From contig JAUSJC010000010.1 of the NCBI GenBank assembly GCA_030647775.1, forward strand, positions 338,646 to 402,645: a stretch of 64,000 nucleotides of DNA, given 5' to 3'. Source of the stretch: Candidatus Curtissbacteria bacterium (GTDB lineage Bacteria > Patescibacteriota > Microgenomatia > Curtissbacterales > GWA2-41-24). The translations under genes were made by a program, and so were the position numbers. Shown here piece after piece: positions 37,036 through 46,782 of the stretch (the stretch's first letter is position 1; every line of letters begins with the position of its first letter). The notes under the pieces are model-generated. The model ran no database searches. It was not told where the DNA came from and saw nothing but the letters and a program-made list of their open reading frames with translations.

Positions 37036-38232
37036 ATGATTGAAAAAAGCAGTAGAGTGAACCTTTACTTAAAATCTCTTTTAGTAATAGCGGCTATTTT
37101 AATAGGCCTCGCTGTTTTCGAGATTTTTACGAGGTTTATCATTTTTTCTAAGAGCAACCCTACAACCCAAATAATCGGGACATGTAAAAAGAAAGATACT
37201 TATCTTTATACGGCATTTATTCCAAATAGTAGGTGTTCATATAAAACTAAAGAGTGGTCGGCAACTTACGTAATTAATTCACTCGGATTTAGAGATTTTG
37301 AATACAGCCTAGATAAACCAAATAATACCTACAGAATTTTAATCATGGGGGATTCTTTCTTTGAAGGAGTTGGGGTGGATATTGAAAATACGGCAGGTAA
37401 AATATTAGAGAGGAAAATTAAACAGAATTCAAAATTGCCGGTAGAAGTTATTCAAGTAGGAACCGCCGGGTGGTCTCCTCTTTTAGAGTATCTCTATTTG
37501 GTAAAATTTGGAATTAAATTCCATCCTGATTTGGTGATTCAAACCATCAATGCAACGGATTTTAAAGACGAATATTTTTTCGATAGCCATCTTACTCCTG
37601 AGGCGAAAAAAATTCTTCAAAGCGAAGAATCCTCAGATTTAATAACTGCACCAAATCTAAAAGTCTTTGACGTATCAGATTCATCTAGCCAAAGCACTAA
37701 CAAGCAGTCGGAAGTAGCGAAAATTAAATCATTCCTTACAAGTCACTTCATTCTGTTCAAGAATTTGGAAACGCTGAAAAACGCATATTCCCGTAGGTTT
37801 CAAAAGGACAAAATTAGTGATAATCTGTTTGCTATAACCGAGCTGCAAAAGCCCAAAGATTACAATGATGCATTCAAAAGGCCTGAAAAGTACATTTTGA
37901 AAAATCGGGAGCTACTGGATAAAAACGGAACCGATTTTCTGTTAGTAGTTTTCCCTCATGGGCAAGTCTTAAATGGTCAGGAATGGAAAGATGGAAGGCT
38001 TGACTACGGCTTTAAAAGAGGAGTGACATATTCGAATAGGGCACTCGATGATTTAATCAGCTGGTCCCATGACGTTGGGATAGATGCACTAGATTTGACA
38101 AGCGATATGAGACAGGCAAGTGGATCCAGGAAACTTTTCTTCGACCAGGATGGTCACTGGAATGAAAATGGGCATAGAGTGTTTGCCGATTTATTGGCAG
38201 ACCAAATATTTAAAAAAACTTATATAAAATAG
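37036..38232 (+). CDS. Membrane-anchored SGNH/GDSL-type hydrolase or O-acyltransferase (AlgX/AlgJ/DltD-like)
   Basis: N-terminal TM helix. Block I 'ILIMGDSFFEGVG'. 'GTAGWSP'. C-terminal 'DQDGHWNENGH' (D-x-H-W block V). One of three paralogues. Confidence 0.5.
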   Translation: MIEKSSRVNLYLKSLLVIAAILIGLAVFEIFTRFIIFSKSNPTTQIIGTCKKKDTYLYTAFIPNSRCSYKTKEWSATYVINSLGFRDFEYSLDKPNNTYRILIMGDSFFEGVGVDIENTAGKILERKIKQNSKLPVEVIQVGTAGWSPLLEYLYLVKFGIKFHPDLVIQTINATDFKDEYFFDSHLTPEAKKILQSEESSDLITAPNLKVFDVSDSSSQSTNKQSEVAKIKSFLTSHFILFKNLETLKNAYSRRFQKDKISDNLFAITELQKPKDYNDAFKRPEKYILKNRELLDKNGTDFLLVVFPHGQVLNGQEWKDGRLDYGFKRGVTYSNRALDDLISWSHDVGIDALDLTSDMRQASGSRKLFFDQDGHWNENGHRVFADLLADQIFKKTYIK

Positions 38233-38242
38233 CCAGTTAATC

Positions 38243-38845
38243 ATGCATCTAAAAATATTAGAAACCAGCATGGGATACGATCTCAGCCAAAAGTTACTTG
38301 CACACTTTTTTTCGAAGCAATCTGCACAGGATTTGTCAAAGAAATTAAAGAGAATGTCAGCAAACAGTGTTCTGGATGTTGGTTGTGCAACCGCTTTTTA
38401 CAGGGACAATATTCCTGTGGACCACTTTGTTGGAATAGACGTAAACAAAAATTTTATAGAATCAGCAAAGAAACGCTTCCCAAATGATAAGTTCTTCGTA
38501 ATGGATGCAGTCAGCCTCAAGTTTCCTGATAGTGCTTTTGACGCGGTTATCTCAAAAGGGGTTCTCCATCATTTATCGGAAACCGGACTTATCAAGGCTC
38601 TCAAAGAGTCACTAAGAGTTTGTCGAAAAAATGGTCAAGTTATTGTCTGGGATGCAATCCAGCCTACAAGCAGGTGGAACATACTGGGAAAGTTTTTAAG
38701 GAATTTAGATCAGGGTCAGCACATACGGGAACAGGAGCAGTACAAGGCGCTACTCGAAAATAATTTTGTTCTTGATGAATTTAAAATATATTCGAGCTTT
38801 CCCTATGAAGCTTGCGCCTATACCATTTCAAAATCTAAAAATTAG
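38243..38845 (+). CDS. Class I SAM-dependent methyltransferase
   Basis: Motif I 'VLDVGCATAFY'. 'FDAVISKGVLHHL'. Confidence 0.55.
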   Translation: MHLKILETSMGYDLSQKLLAHFFSKQSAQDLSKKLKRMSANSVLDVGCATAFYRDNIPVDHFVGIDVNKNFIESAKKRFPNDKFFVMDAVSLKFPDSAFDAVISKGVLHHLSETGLIKALKESLRVCRKNGQVIVWDAIQPTSRWNILGKFLRNLDQGQHIREQEQYKALLENNFVLDEFKIYSSFPYEACAYTISKSKN

Positions 38846-38938
38846 AATTCTCCTTTTAACAATTGCCAATACTTTAAATTGAAAAGCGGAGCTCTTTAAT
38901 GATATTCTTCACTAGCACTTATCAATTGAATCCAAATA

Positions 38939-39505
38939 ATGTTAATTAGAACAATTGAGGAAAAAGATATCCCGCAAATAGCCAGTATTCATTTCAGGTA
39001 CCTTAAAGTGGGCATCCTCTCCGCGCTTGGTGAAAGCTTTCTGGGAATATTTTACAAATCATTTATGGGGAATAGCAACACCTTCACGTTAGTTGTTGTC
39101 GATGACTCTAAAATTGTCGGTTTCGCAAGCGGCGCAACAAACCTAAAGACGATTCTCAAAGCAACAATTTTAAGTCTCTGGTTTCCAGTAATGATTACCG
39201 TTATCAAAAAACCAAATATTTTTGCAAAACTTGCTCAAACACCTTTTTATCCAAGCTTCAAATCGGGGCAAAATTTTGGCGAGATTTTTTCCCTTGCCGT
39301 CGTTCCCAGCGCAAGAGGGAAGGGGATCGGAACAAAACTTATAAAAGCCTGCCAAATAGAGTTTAAAAAAAGAGGCTATAACCACTTCCGGCTGTCAGTT
39401 AGGGAGAAGATGCAAGAAGCCAATATTTTTTATCAGAAGCTAAAACTTAAAAAGAAAGGTTCAGCGAGATTTTTAAACGAGAAAATTATTTTCTACGGCA
39501 ACTAA
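38939..39505 (+). CDS. GNAT N-acetyltransferase
   Basis: 'LAVVPSARGKGIGTKLIKAC' is GNAT motif A (R/Q-x-x-G-x-G/A). Confidence 0.6.
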   Translation: MLIRTIEEKDIPQIASIHFRYLKVGILSALGESFLGIFYKSFMGNSNTFTLVVVDDSKIVGFASGATNLKTILKATILSLWFPVMITVIKKPNIFAKLAQTPFYPSFKSGQNFGEIFSLAVVPSARGKGIGTKLIKACQIEFKKRGYNHFRLSVREKMQEANIFYQKLKLKKKGSARFLNEKIIFYGN

Positions 39506-39507
39506 AA

Positions 39508-41355
39508 TCATTCTGCAATTTCATAAACCTTTATTTTGACTTCCCTCTTTGCCGTCAAAAACTGTCTTGAAAAGTCAAGTTTACCCAAAGGAATAAGTTT
39601 TTTTTGAATATCTTCCTCTGTTAGCCAAGGCCCTTTATCAATGCGCTGGTTGTCAAAAACGTCAGGTACCAGTAAGATTTTGGGATTGAATTCTAAATAA
39701 TTTTGGTTAAGCCCCGAAACAAAATTAAGTCGGGGAGCGAAGTAAATTACCTTAGACCGATTTTGAATTGCAAGTTCATGGCCGAGGAATCCGATGACAA
39801 CAGAGTTATCGGCATATTTACCAAGCTCTCTGCTTGCATTATAAAGATTAAAACTCGGATGCAAAAAGATTGTCACTAAGCCAAAAACTGAAAAAATTAA
39901 ATATAACGTAGAAAAAAAGATTATAGATTTATTAAAAATAGCCCTGTATGAAAAGATACTCAAAATTATAATCACAGCAGTTATAATTTCCAGAATTGTG
40001 ATTTCTGTGCGACTCAATACCGCTACTTTAAACATGGTCATAAGACCAGCCATAGTTGGAACAAAAGAAATTGCAGGAAGAGCAATCAAAAGGATGGCAT
40101 TAAATTTTATTAAGAAATCCCAAGCTTTCTTTTTGTAAAAAAAATTAAATGTGGTTCCTAAAGCAAAAACTAGCAAAATAGAGGCAATTGGTAACTGATA
40201 GACGATTTGTTCATCCTCCAAGACTCTCTTGGCAATTGCAAGCAAAAATTTTCCTATCAAAACCGAAAGAGGATAAAATAGCAAAAAAATTAACAAACTT
40301 TTTGTTACTCCACTAATATTTTTTACTTGAATATCTTTTATTTTTAAGAAATATTTCTTATGCAGAATTATAGTTTGCGCTGATAAAATGGAGAGCGGCA
40401 CTAAAAGTGGAAGGAGTCGAGCATTTGTAACCTGGGACATAAAAGGAGTTAAAATAAATGCTCCAAAAAGCCAATAGAATGATACTCTTTGGCAGTAGCC
40501 AGTTTCTAATTTTTTAAAATACGTGGCGAATATATTGACCAAAGACAAAATTACCAGCGGGAAAACAAATGGCGATCCCCAAAAAGGATGGGTAAAAAAG
40601 TTGATTACATTTGTCCATAATGCCGTGCTATTCCCGGGGTAATACCATTTAGCAAATGTTGAATATATTAAAATTACTTTATTTCCCCAAATAACCGAAA
40701 TCGGTATAGCGATTAAAAGAAAGACGAGTATGCTTCCGGCCAAGAATTTAACAACATCTTTACTCCCGATTTTCTTGGAAAAGTAATCAATTATTATAAT
40801 TGCTGTCATTGATGGCAGAAATAAAAATGCTGTTGTTTTGGAAAGAAGCGCAAGCGAGGTTGCTGCGCCGGCAACAAGGTATTTTTCCCCAGTCCAGAGC
40901 CAAACTGCCAAGGCCATAAAAAGAATCGAAAGCGACTCCGGTACAGCGAGCCTGTTATGCAAAAGAAGGGCTGTATTGATGGATATTAAAAAGGTTGCAA
41001 CTAGCGCAATTTTTTCACCCATAGGCCGGGCGATTTTATAGGTAATAAGAACTATGAAAAATCCGGATAAGGCACTAAGAATTCTAGCCTGCCAGAAGCC
41101 AACACCAAAGAAAGAAAAACTTAAAAACGAAACAGCACTAAAAAGGGGAGCAGCCGCAAAATCATGGTAAAACTCGTCAGGAGCTAAATGGCCGAATGTT
41201 TTTAAATTCCTTGCGTTGTAAAGCCAGTAACCTTCATCACCGACCTGGCCGCTATCAAGGAGTATTGAAGGGTCGACCCTTAGATTGAAAAATCGTACGC
41301 AAAAGGCCAAAACCAAAATCAAAAAAAATAAAACTATGAAATTTTTATCTTTCAA
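39508..41355 (-). CDS. PMT_2/ArnT-like polytopic membrane glycosyltransferase
   Basis: 'LAFCVRFFNLRVDPSILLDSGQVGDEGYWLYNARNL' first-loop motif. 14+ hydrophobic segments. Confidence 0.55.
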   Translation of the reverse strand: MKDKNFIVLFFLILVLAFCVRFFNLRVDPSILLDSGQVGDEGYWLYNARNLKTFGHLAPDEFYHDFAAAPLFSAVSFLSFSFFGVGFWQARILSALSGFFIVLITYKIARPMGEKIALVATFLISINTALLLHNRLAVPESLSILFMALAVWLWTGEKYLVAGAATSLALLSKTTAFLFLPSMTAIIIIDYFSKKIGSKDVVKFLAGSILVFLLIAIPISVIWGNKVILIYSTFAKWYYPGNSTALWTNVINFFTHPFWGSPFVFPLVILSLVNIFATYFKKLETGYCQRVSFYWLFGAFILTPFMSQVTNARLLPLLVPLSILSAQTIILHKKYFLKIKDIQVKNISGVTKSLLIFLLFYPLSVLIGKFLLAIAKRVLEDEQIVYQLPIASILLVFALGTTFNFFYKKKAWDFLIKFNAILLIALPAISFVPTMAGLMTMFKVAVLSRTEITILEIITAVIIILSIFSYRAIFNKSIIFFSTLYLIFSVFGLVTIFLHPSFNLYNASRELGKYADNSVVIGFLGHELAIQNRSKVIYFAPRLNFVSGLNQNYLEFNPKILLVPDVFDNQRIDKGPWLTEEDIQKKLIPLGKLDFSRQFLTAKREVKIKVYEIAE

Positions 41356-42104
41356 ATTTGTTCCTCGGTTGCTTCTTTTAAGTAGTCTTTAATAACCACA
41401 TCCGGTGAACCGATTTTCTTAATTTTGCCTTTTTCTAAATAAATAACCTTAGAGCAAATACTTTTGATGGCTTCCAGATTATGTGAAACGAAAATAATCG
41501 ATTTTTCCTTTGTAAAAGAAAGCATTTTAGAAAGGCATTTTTCTTGAAAATTAATATCTCCCACCGCCAAAACTTCGTCGACCAAAAGTATATCCGGATC
41601 GCAAAAAGCACAAACGGAAAACCCCAAGCGGGAATACATTCCGGAGGAATATTTTTTAATGGGGATATCCAGAAACCTTTTAATTTCCGCAAAATCGACA
41701 ATTTCGTCAAATTTTTTCTCAATCTCTTTCTTCTTCATTCCCAAAATTGCTCCATATAGAAAAATATTTTCCCTTCCCGAAAGTTCGGGATGAAGCCCGG
41801 CCCCAAGTTCTATAAATGCGCCAATCCTGCCGCGGGCTTCAATTTCTCCGCCGTCAGGGTAAGTAATTTTTGAAATTAATTTTAGAATAGTCGATTTTCC
41901 AGCCCCATTTTTCCCAATGATCCCTAGTGTTTCGCCTCTCTCCACGGAAAATGAAACATTTTTTAAAGCAACAATTCTTTCCTCTTTTAATTTCCTCCCG
42001 ATTATTCTATTTAGGTTTCCCCCCAGGGCCTGGGTTAGGAGACCATATCTCCCTTTTGCGGGATTGTAAGTTTTAGTTACGTTTTTAAATTCAATCTGCT
42101 TCAT
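41352..42104 (-). CDS. ABC transporter ATP-binding protein (Wzt/TagH/KpsT-type, short form)
   Basis: Walker A 'GIIGKNGAGKST', signature 'YSSGMYSRLGF', Walker B 'ILLVDE'. 250 aa without a C-terminal glycan-binding domain. Confidence 0.8.
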   Translation of the reverse strand: MKQIEFKNVTKTYNPAKGRYGLLTQALGGNLNRIIGRKLKEERIVALKNVSFSVERGETLGIIGKNGAGKSTILKLISKITYPDGGEIEARGRIGAFIELGAGLHPELSGRENIFLYGAILGMKKKEIEKKFDEIVDFAEIKRFLDIPIKKYSSGMYSRLGFSVCAFCDPDILLVDEVLAVGDINFQEKCLSKMLSFTKEKSIIFVSHNLEAIKSICSKVIYLEKGKIKKIGSPDVVIKDYLKEATEEQI

Positions 42105-42125
42105 TGCTTGGAGATATTTCTTTCA

Positions 42126-42908
42126 TTAAATGACATCGGCAAATATACTTTCCTTACTTTTAAAAAACCAGTAGCCCAAAAAGAAGACCGCTAGGGAAAC
42201 AACAAGTGAAAACACTGTTAAATTCAAATCCGGCATTTTACCTAAAACCGTTACATCCCGAAAACCTTGAATAAGTCCGACAAGCGGGTTTAGAGAAATT
42301 AAAACGCGGTACTTTTCAGGAATTTGCCCAAAGGAATAAATTACAGGTGTTAGATAAAGCCAAACCTGAAGCACAAGCGGTACCACGAATCGGATATCCC
42401 TAAAAAGCACGTTAATAGCCGAAAGAAAAAAAGAAATACCTATTGCAAAAAGTAACGTTGCAGGTATTAAAATAAAAACGAAGAGGATATTCAAAGTTAT
42501 CGGGATTTTATAAATAAACATCATCAGGATAAATATCAAAGATGCCATGAGAAAATCAAAAAAAGCTGCTCCTATGGCCGAAAGCGGCAGCACTTCCTTA
42601 GGGAAATAAATTTTAGTAACCAGGCCGCTGTTATTAACGACAGAAAGTGCCCCGAAAGAAACCGCAGTGGAGAAGAAAGTCCAAGGCAAAAGAGCGCTAT
42701 AGGCAAAAATCGGGTAAGGGATATTTTCTGAATGAACTTTCAAAAAAAGACCGAAAATTACAGTAAATATTATAGTAAGCGCAGCCGGTTGTAATATTGC
42801 CCAGGCAACTCCTAGAATTGTTTGTTTATAACGGATCTTAATTTCCTTTAATGTAAAAACCCAAAGGAGTTCACGAAATTTCCAAAGTTCCAAAAACCAC
42901 TTTTTCAT
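42126..42908 (-). CDS. ABC-2 type polysaccharide export permease (Wzm/TagG-like)
   Basis: 260 aa, 6 TM helices, directly upstream of the ATPase with a 4-nt overlap to the next gene. Confidence 0.7.
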   Translation of the reverse strand: MKKWFLELWKFRELLWVFTLKEIKIRYKQTILGVAWAILQPAALTIIFTVIFGLFLKVHSENIPYPIFAYSALLPWTFFSTAVSFGALSVVNNSGLVTKIYFPKEVLPLSAIGAAFFDFLMASLIFILMMFIYKIPITLNILFVFILIPATLLFAIGISFFLSAINVLFRDIRFVVPLVLQVWLYLTPVIYSFGQIPEKYRVLISLNPLVGLIQGFRDVTVLGKMPDLNLTVFSLVVSLAVFFLGYWFFKSKESIFADVI

Positions 42909-43999
42909 ACTGTCTTAAAAAATTCTTTTATGCTTTTGATAATATAATCGCAATCGCCGTCGCTAAGCGATGGGTAGAGCGGGATAGACAGCACCTGCCC
43001 ACTCAATTTATCCGTCACCGGAGTTTTAAATTTTGGAAATTCCATAAACGCCTTTTGGCTGTAAACCGCATAAGGGTAATAAATATCCGTGGTAATATCT
43101 TTCTTTAGTAAAAATTCCTTTAAACGGTCTCTCAAAGGAGTCAGTACTACAAATTGGTGCCAGCAGGAGAAAGCGCCAGTCAATACTTCTTGAAACTTAA
43201 GCGGCAAATTACCCAGCTCCCGGACGTATTTTCCCGCCAGACCCGCCCTTTTTCTATTATCTTCTTTAAGATACGCTAATTTCTCTTCAAGTATCGCCGC
43301 CTGCATTTCATCGAGCCTGCTGTTAATTCCCGCGTATTCATGCCAAAATCTTTTCGTTTGTCCGCCGTGCCTAAGTACCCTGATCATCTCGGCAGTCTCT
43401 CCGCTAGCGGTTGTTACCATACCGCCGTCACCCATACCCCCAAGATTCTTTGTTGGATAGAAACTAAAAGCAGCAGCATCCCCAAAAGTTCCGGTCATTT
43501 TTGAACCGATGCTCGCTCCAACCGCCTGACAGGCGTCTTCAATAACGACAAGGTTATTCTTTTTCGCAAACTCTAAAATAACATCCATGTTGCAGGGGTT
43601 GCCATATATATGAACCGGCATAATTGCCTTAATATGGCTATCCAATTTACCCTCGATACTTTTAACGTCCAATGTCCATGTTTCGGGATCAATATCGCAA
43701 AAAACCGGCATAGCCCCTTCCTCTAAAATGGCAATTGCGGTAAATGGTGAGGTAAAACCGACTGTCAAAACCATGTCGCCGGCTCCTACTCCCAAAGCCC
43801 TAAGGCAAAGCCGCAGTGCATCTGTTCCGCTTCCAACTCCAACCGCGTCTTCGGCTCCGATAAAACCTGTGAACTTTTTCTCAAAGCTTTTCAGCCTCTC
43901 GCCCAAGATATAATTTTTTGAATCGATGACATCACATACGGTAGCCTTAATTTTTGCCGTTAATTTTTTATCAGTCGATAAATCTACAAGTGGGATCAT
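42905..43999 (-). CDS. DegT/DnrJ/EryC1-family PLP sugar aminotransferase
   Basis: 'GVGSGTDALRLCL', 'FTSPFTAIA', 'VIEDACQA'. 364 aa. Confidence 0.75.
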   Translation of the reverse strand: MIPLVDLSTDKKLTAKIKATVCDVIDSKNYILGERLKSFEKKFTGFIGAEDAVGVGSGTDALRLCLRALGVGAGDMVLTVGFTSPFTAIAILEEGAMPVFCDIDPETWTLDVKSIEGKLDSHIKAIMPVHIYGNPCNMDVILEFAKKNNLVVIEDACQAVGASIGSKMTGTFGDAAAFSFYPTKNLGGMGDGGMVTTASGETAEMIRVLRHGGQTKRFWHEYAGINSRLDEMQAAILEEKLAYLKEDNRKRAGLAGKYVRELGNLPLKFQEVLTGAFSCWHQFVVLTPLRDRLKEFLLKKDITTDIYYPYAVYSQKAFMEFPKFKTPVTDKLSGQVLSIPLYPSLSDGDCDYIIKSIKEFFKTV

Positions 44000-44983
44000 T
44001 TACCAGTAATATTTTTTATATCTCTTATAATAGCCGAAGGTTTTTTTGATGGCTTCATCAATTGACGTTTTTGGTTCCCATCCTAAATCTTTCGTTATTT
44101 TCTTATAGTCGGCGATATAATCACCAACTTCGATATTCTTTCTGTCTTTTGGAAAATCAATATTTCGGGTATTGCCGCGCCCCAAGATATTAATTGCCTT
44201 TTTGCTAAATTCCAAAAGGGAAAGCGCGCTCCCGCCCAAATTATACACTTGGCCGTTTGCGTTTTTAGAAGCCCCCGCCAAAATCAGAGCGCGAACGACG
44301 TCATCGATATAATTAATATCCCTGATTTGCCCTCCGCCACCCATGAGTTTTATTGTTTCGCCATCTATAATTTGTCTTAAGAACCAATTCAAAACCCCCT
44401 GCTTTGAATGCTTCATCTGGTGCCGTGGCCCAAAGGTATTTGTCATCCTGAGTGAAACCGCTCCTATTCCGTACACCTTGTCATACATCAGATGGTATTT
44501 TTCTCCGGCTATCGCGTTAACGCCGTTAATATCTGTCGGTTCCAGCGGATGGTTTTCGTCAACCGGTAGATACTTTGCCTTCCCATATTGGTTCCTTGTT
44601 CCCGCATAAATAATTTTCACCCCTCTGTTTAATTTCTTACAAGCTTCAAGCAGCTGGAGTTGCGCGCGGCAGTTAATATCGAGGTCCGAAAATGGGTTTT
44701 CCATACTGTCGATATGGGAAAGGGTTCCGGCAAGGTTAAAAATAATGTCTTTGCCGCGGACTGCCTTAGCAATTTTCCCTTCGTCCCTTAAATCGCCGAT
44801 TGTTACTTTAACATCTTTTTTAACCGGTTCAATGTTAAATTTATTGCCCCCCATATCAGGTATCAGAGCATCAAAAATTTCAACATCCGCCCCAAGTTTT
44901 ACAAGTCTAATGGCAAGATTACTGCCGATGAATCCCAGCCCGCCCGTTACAAGTGTCCTTTTGTCTGTGTAAAGGTTAGTCAT
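44000..44983 (-). CDS. NAD-dependent nucleotide-sugar epimerase/dehydratase (SDR)
   Basis: 'TLVTGGLGFIGSNLAIRL'. 'AIAGEKYHLMY'. Paired with the adjacent aminotransferase (amino-deoxy-sugar route). Confidence 0.7.
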   Translation of the reverse strand: MTNLYTDKRTLVTGGLGFIGSNLAIRLVKLGADVEIFDALIPDMGGNKFNIEPVKKDVKVTIGDLRDEGKIAKAVRGKDIIFNLAGTLSHIDSMENPFSDLDINCRAQLQLLEACKKLNRGVKIIYAGTRNQYGKAKYLPVDENHPLEPTDINGVNAIAGEKYHLMYDKVYGIGAVSLRMTNTFGPRHQMKHSKQGVLNWFLRQIIDGETIKLMGGGGQIRDINYIDDVVRALILAGASKNANGQVYNLGGSALSLLEFSKKAINILGRGNTRNIDFPKDRKNIEVGDYIADYKKITKDLGWEPKTSIDEAIKKTFGYYKRYKKYYW

Positions 44984-45707
44984 ATTGCTTTAAGATTATT
45001 AATTTCCACCACAGCACAGTTTGCTCCGCTAAAGTTTTAGAAACGCGTCTTATATTGAAAAACTGTGATTGCCCGTGAAGTCGCGGAAAATGGTGTACGC
45101 CAATTTCCGAAAACCTGGCACCCTTCTTTTGCAATTTTTTAACAAGCTCCACGCAAATCACACCGCTATCATAATGCAGCGTAATCCCATCCATCGCCTT
45201 TTTCCTGATTAGTCTAAAGTCGCAGTCGATGTCCTTTACTTTAATATTAAAAACTATTCTTGAAAAGTGATGATAAAGAGTTCCGATAATCATTCTGTAA
45301 AACGGGTCATGCCGCTTTAGCTTGTATCCCTGAACAACATCAATACCATCGGCTATTCTTGGAAGTAGCTTTTCAATCTCTCTTACATCATATTGCCCGT
45401 CACCGTCCGTATAAAACACTAGCTCTTTTGTCGCATTTCTGAAACCGGATTTCAAGGCGCCGCCATAACCGCGGTTCTTTTCATGAAAGACAATCTTCAG
45501 TTTTGGATTATTTTTCGCCAAAGCTTTAAGGATTTTGCGGCTATTGTCGCTGGAACCATCGTCAACAACAATCACTTCCCAGTCTTCGGCAATCCTTCTC
45601 AAAACCGCGCTGGCATCGTTAACCAATTTAGCAATTGAGCCCTCGTCGTTATAGCAGGGGAAAAATACCGAAATCGAAGGTTTTGCTGTTAGTTTTTTTG
45701 TAGCCAT
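44976..45707 (-). CDS. GT2 polyprenyl-phosphate sugar synthase-like (DPM1/ArnC/GtrB-type)
   Basis: 'ISVFFPCYNDEGSI...WEVIVVDDGSSDNS'. Start set at the internal Met (MATKKLTAKP), leaving a 19-nt overlap with the upstream gene. Confidence 0.65.
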   Translation of the reverse strand: MATKKLTAKPSISVFFPCYNDEGSIAKLVNDASAVLRRIAEDWEVIVVDDGSSDNSRKILKALAKNNPKLKIVFHEKNRGYGGALKSGFRNATKELVFYTDGDGQYDVREIEKLLPRIADGIDVVQGYKLKRHDPFYRMIIGTLYHHFSRIVFNIKVKDIDCDFRLIRKKAMDGITLHYDSGVICVELVKKLQKKGARFSEIGVHHFPRLHGQSQFFNIRRVSKTLAEQTVLWWKLIILKQYD

Positions 45708-46666
45708 TTGATATATCGTTCCAGTCCTTCGTCCAAATCGGTTTGCGGTTGCCATCCAAGTAGTTTTTTCGCTTTTTCAATATTCGCCCATGTTTTTTGC
45801 GCATCACCGACCCGCGTCTCAACAGACTTTATATTTGCTTTTTTACCGGTTATCTTTTCAATTTTTGCAATAAAACTGCTTAGATTGATTGGATTACTAT
45901 TGCCGAGATTGATAATTTCAAACCCTAAACCGCTTTCAAGCGCTTTTAGTATTCCATCAACAATATCGCCGACATAAGTATAATCCCGCATGCTCCCGCC
46001 GTCACCAAAGCGGCTAATCGGCTGATCTTCCAAGATAGCATTGGTAAAAAGAGTTGGTGCCATGTCGGGCCTGCCCCGCTCTCCGTAAACCGTAAAGAAC
46101 CTTAAGCAAACAACTTTCAAACCGAAATTTTGGTGAAAACTTTCGGCAAAAAACTCCGCCGCACGCTTTGTTGCCCCATATGGCGAGATAATATTTTGGC
46201 AAAGATCATCTTCTTTAAACGGAATCTTGGGTGAATTGCCATATACCGAAGATGAGGATCCAAAAATAAACATTTTGACGCCGAAGTCTGAAGCGAGTTT
46301 TAAAAGGTTAAGTGTGCCATCAACATTTACTTTTGTGTAAAACAAAGGGTCGGCAATCGAAGGCCGCACCCCAGCTCTTGCGGCCAGATGTACAATTTTA
46401 TCCGGCTTTTCTTTTTTAAAGATATCAGACACCTTTGGAAAATTAAGGATATCTTCCCTGTATAATTTGAAATTGGTGCTCGCGAGTACCTTACTTATAT
46501 TACCTTCCTTAATTCTCGGATCGTAATAATCGTTAAAATTGTCAACCCCAATAACCTCGTAACCTTCATCAAGTAAACGATCAGTCAAATTTGAACCAAT
46601 AAACCCCGCACACCCCGTAACTAAGATTTTTGAAGCCATTGGTTTACTATACCCAAAATAATTCAA
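45689..46666 (-). CDS. UDP-glucuronate 4-epimerase-like SDR
   Basis: 'KILVTGCAGFIGSNLTDRLLDEGYEVIGVDNFNDYYDPRIK'. The N-F-N-D-Y-Y-D motif is characteristic of the UDP-GlcA/GalA epimerase clade. 'PYGATKRAAE' YxxxK. Confidence 0.55.
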   Translation of the reverse strand: MNYFGYSKPMASKILVTGCAGFIGSNLTDRLLDEGYEVIGVDNFNDYYDPRIKEGNISKVLASTNFKLYREDILNFPKVSDIFKKEKPDKIVHLAARAGVRPSIADPLFYTKVNVDGTLNLLKLASDFGVKMFIFGSSSSVYGNSPKIPFKEDDLCQNIISPYGATKRAAEFFAESFHQNFGLKVVCLRFFTVYGERGRPDMAPTLFTNAILEDQPISRFGDGGSMRDYTYVGDIVDGILKALESGLGFEIINLGNSNPINLSSFIAKIEKITGKKANIKSVETRVGDAQKTWANIEKAKKLLGWQPQTDLDEGLERYIKWLQKN

Positions 46667-46710
46667 TTTGCATCTATTAAAAGTATTTTGGGTACATAAT
46701 TGGTTAACGA

Positions 46711-46763
46711 GAGTTGCCAGCTCGTATCGATACGCGAAGCGTTTCGGGCGGGCAAACTCGAGT
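46711..46763. repeat. GC-rich imperfect palindromic element containing the perfect 12-bp palindrome CGTATCGATACG
   Basis: GAGTTGCCAGCTCGTATCGATACGCGAAGCGTTTCGGGCGGGCAAACTCGAGT. Outer arms GAGTTGCC/GGCAAACTC. Strong GC island in an AT-rich spacer. Confidence 0.5.
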
Positions 46764-46782
46764 TAAACAAGTATATTTTAGC

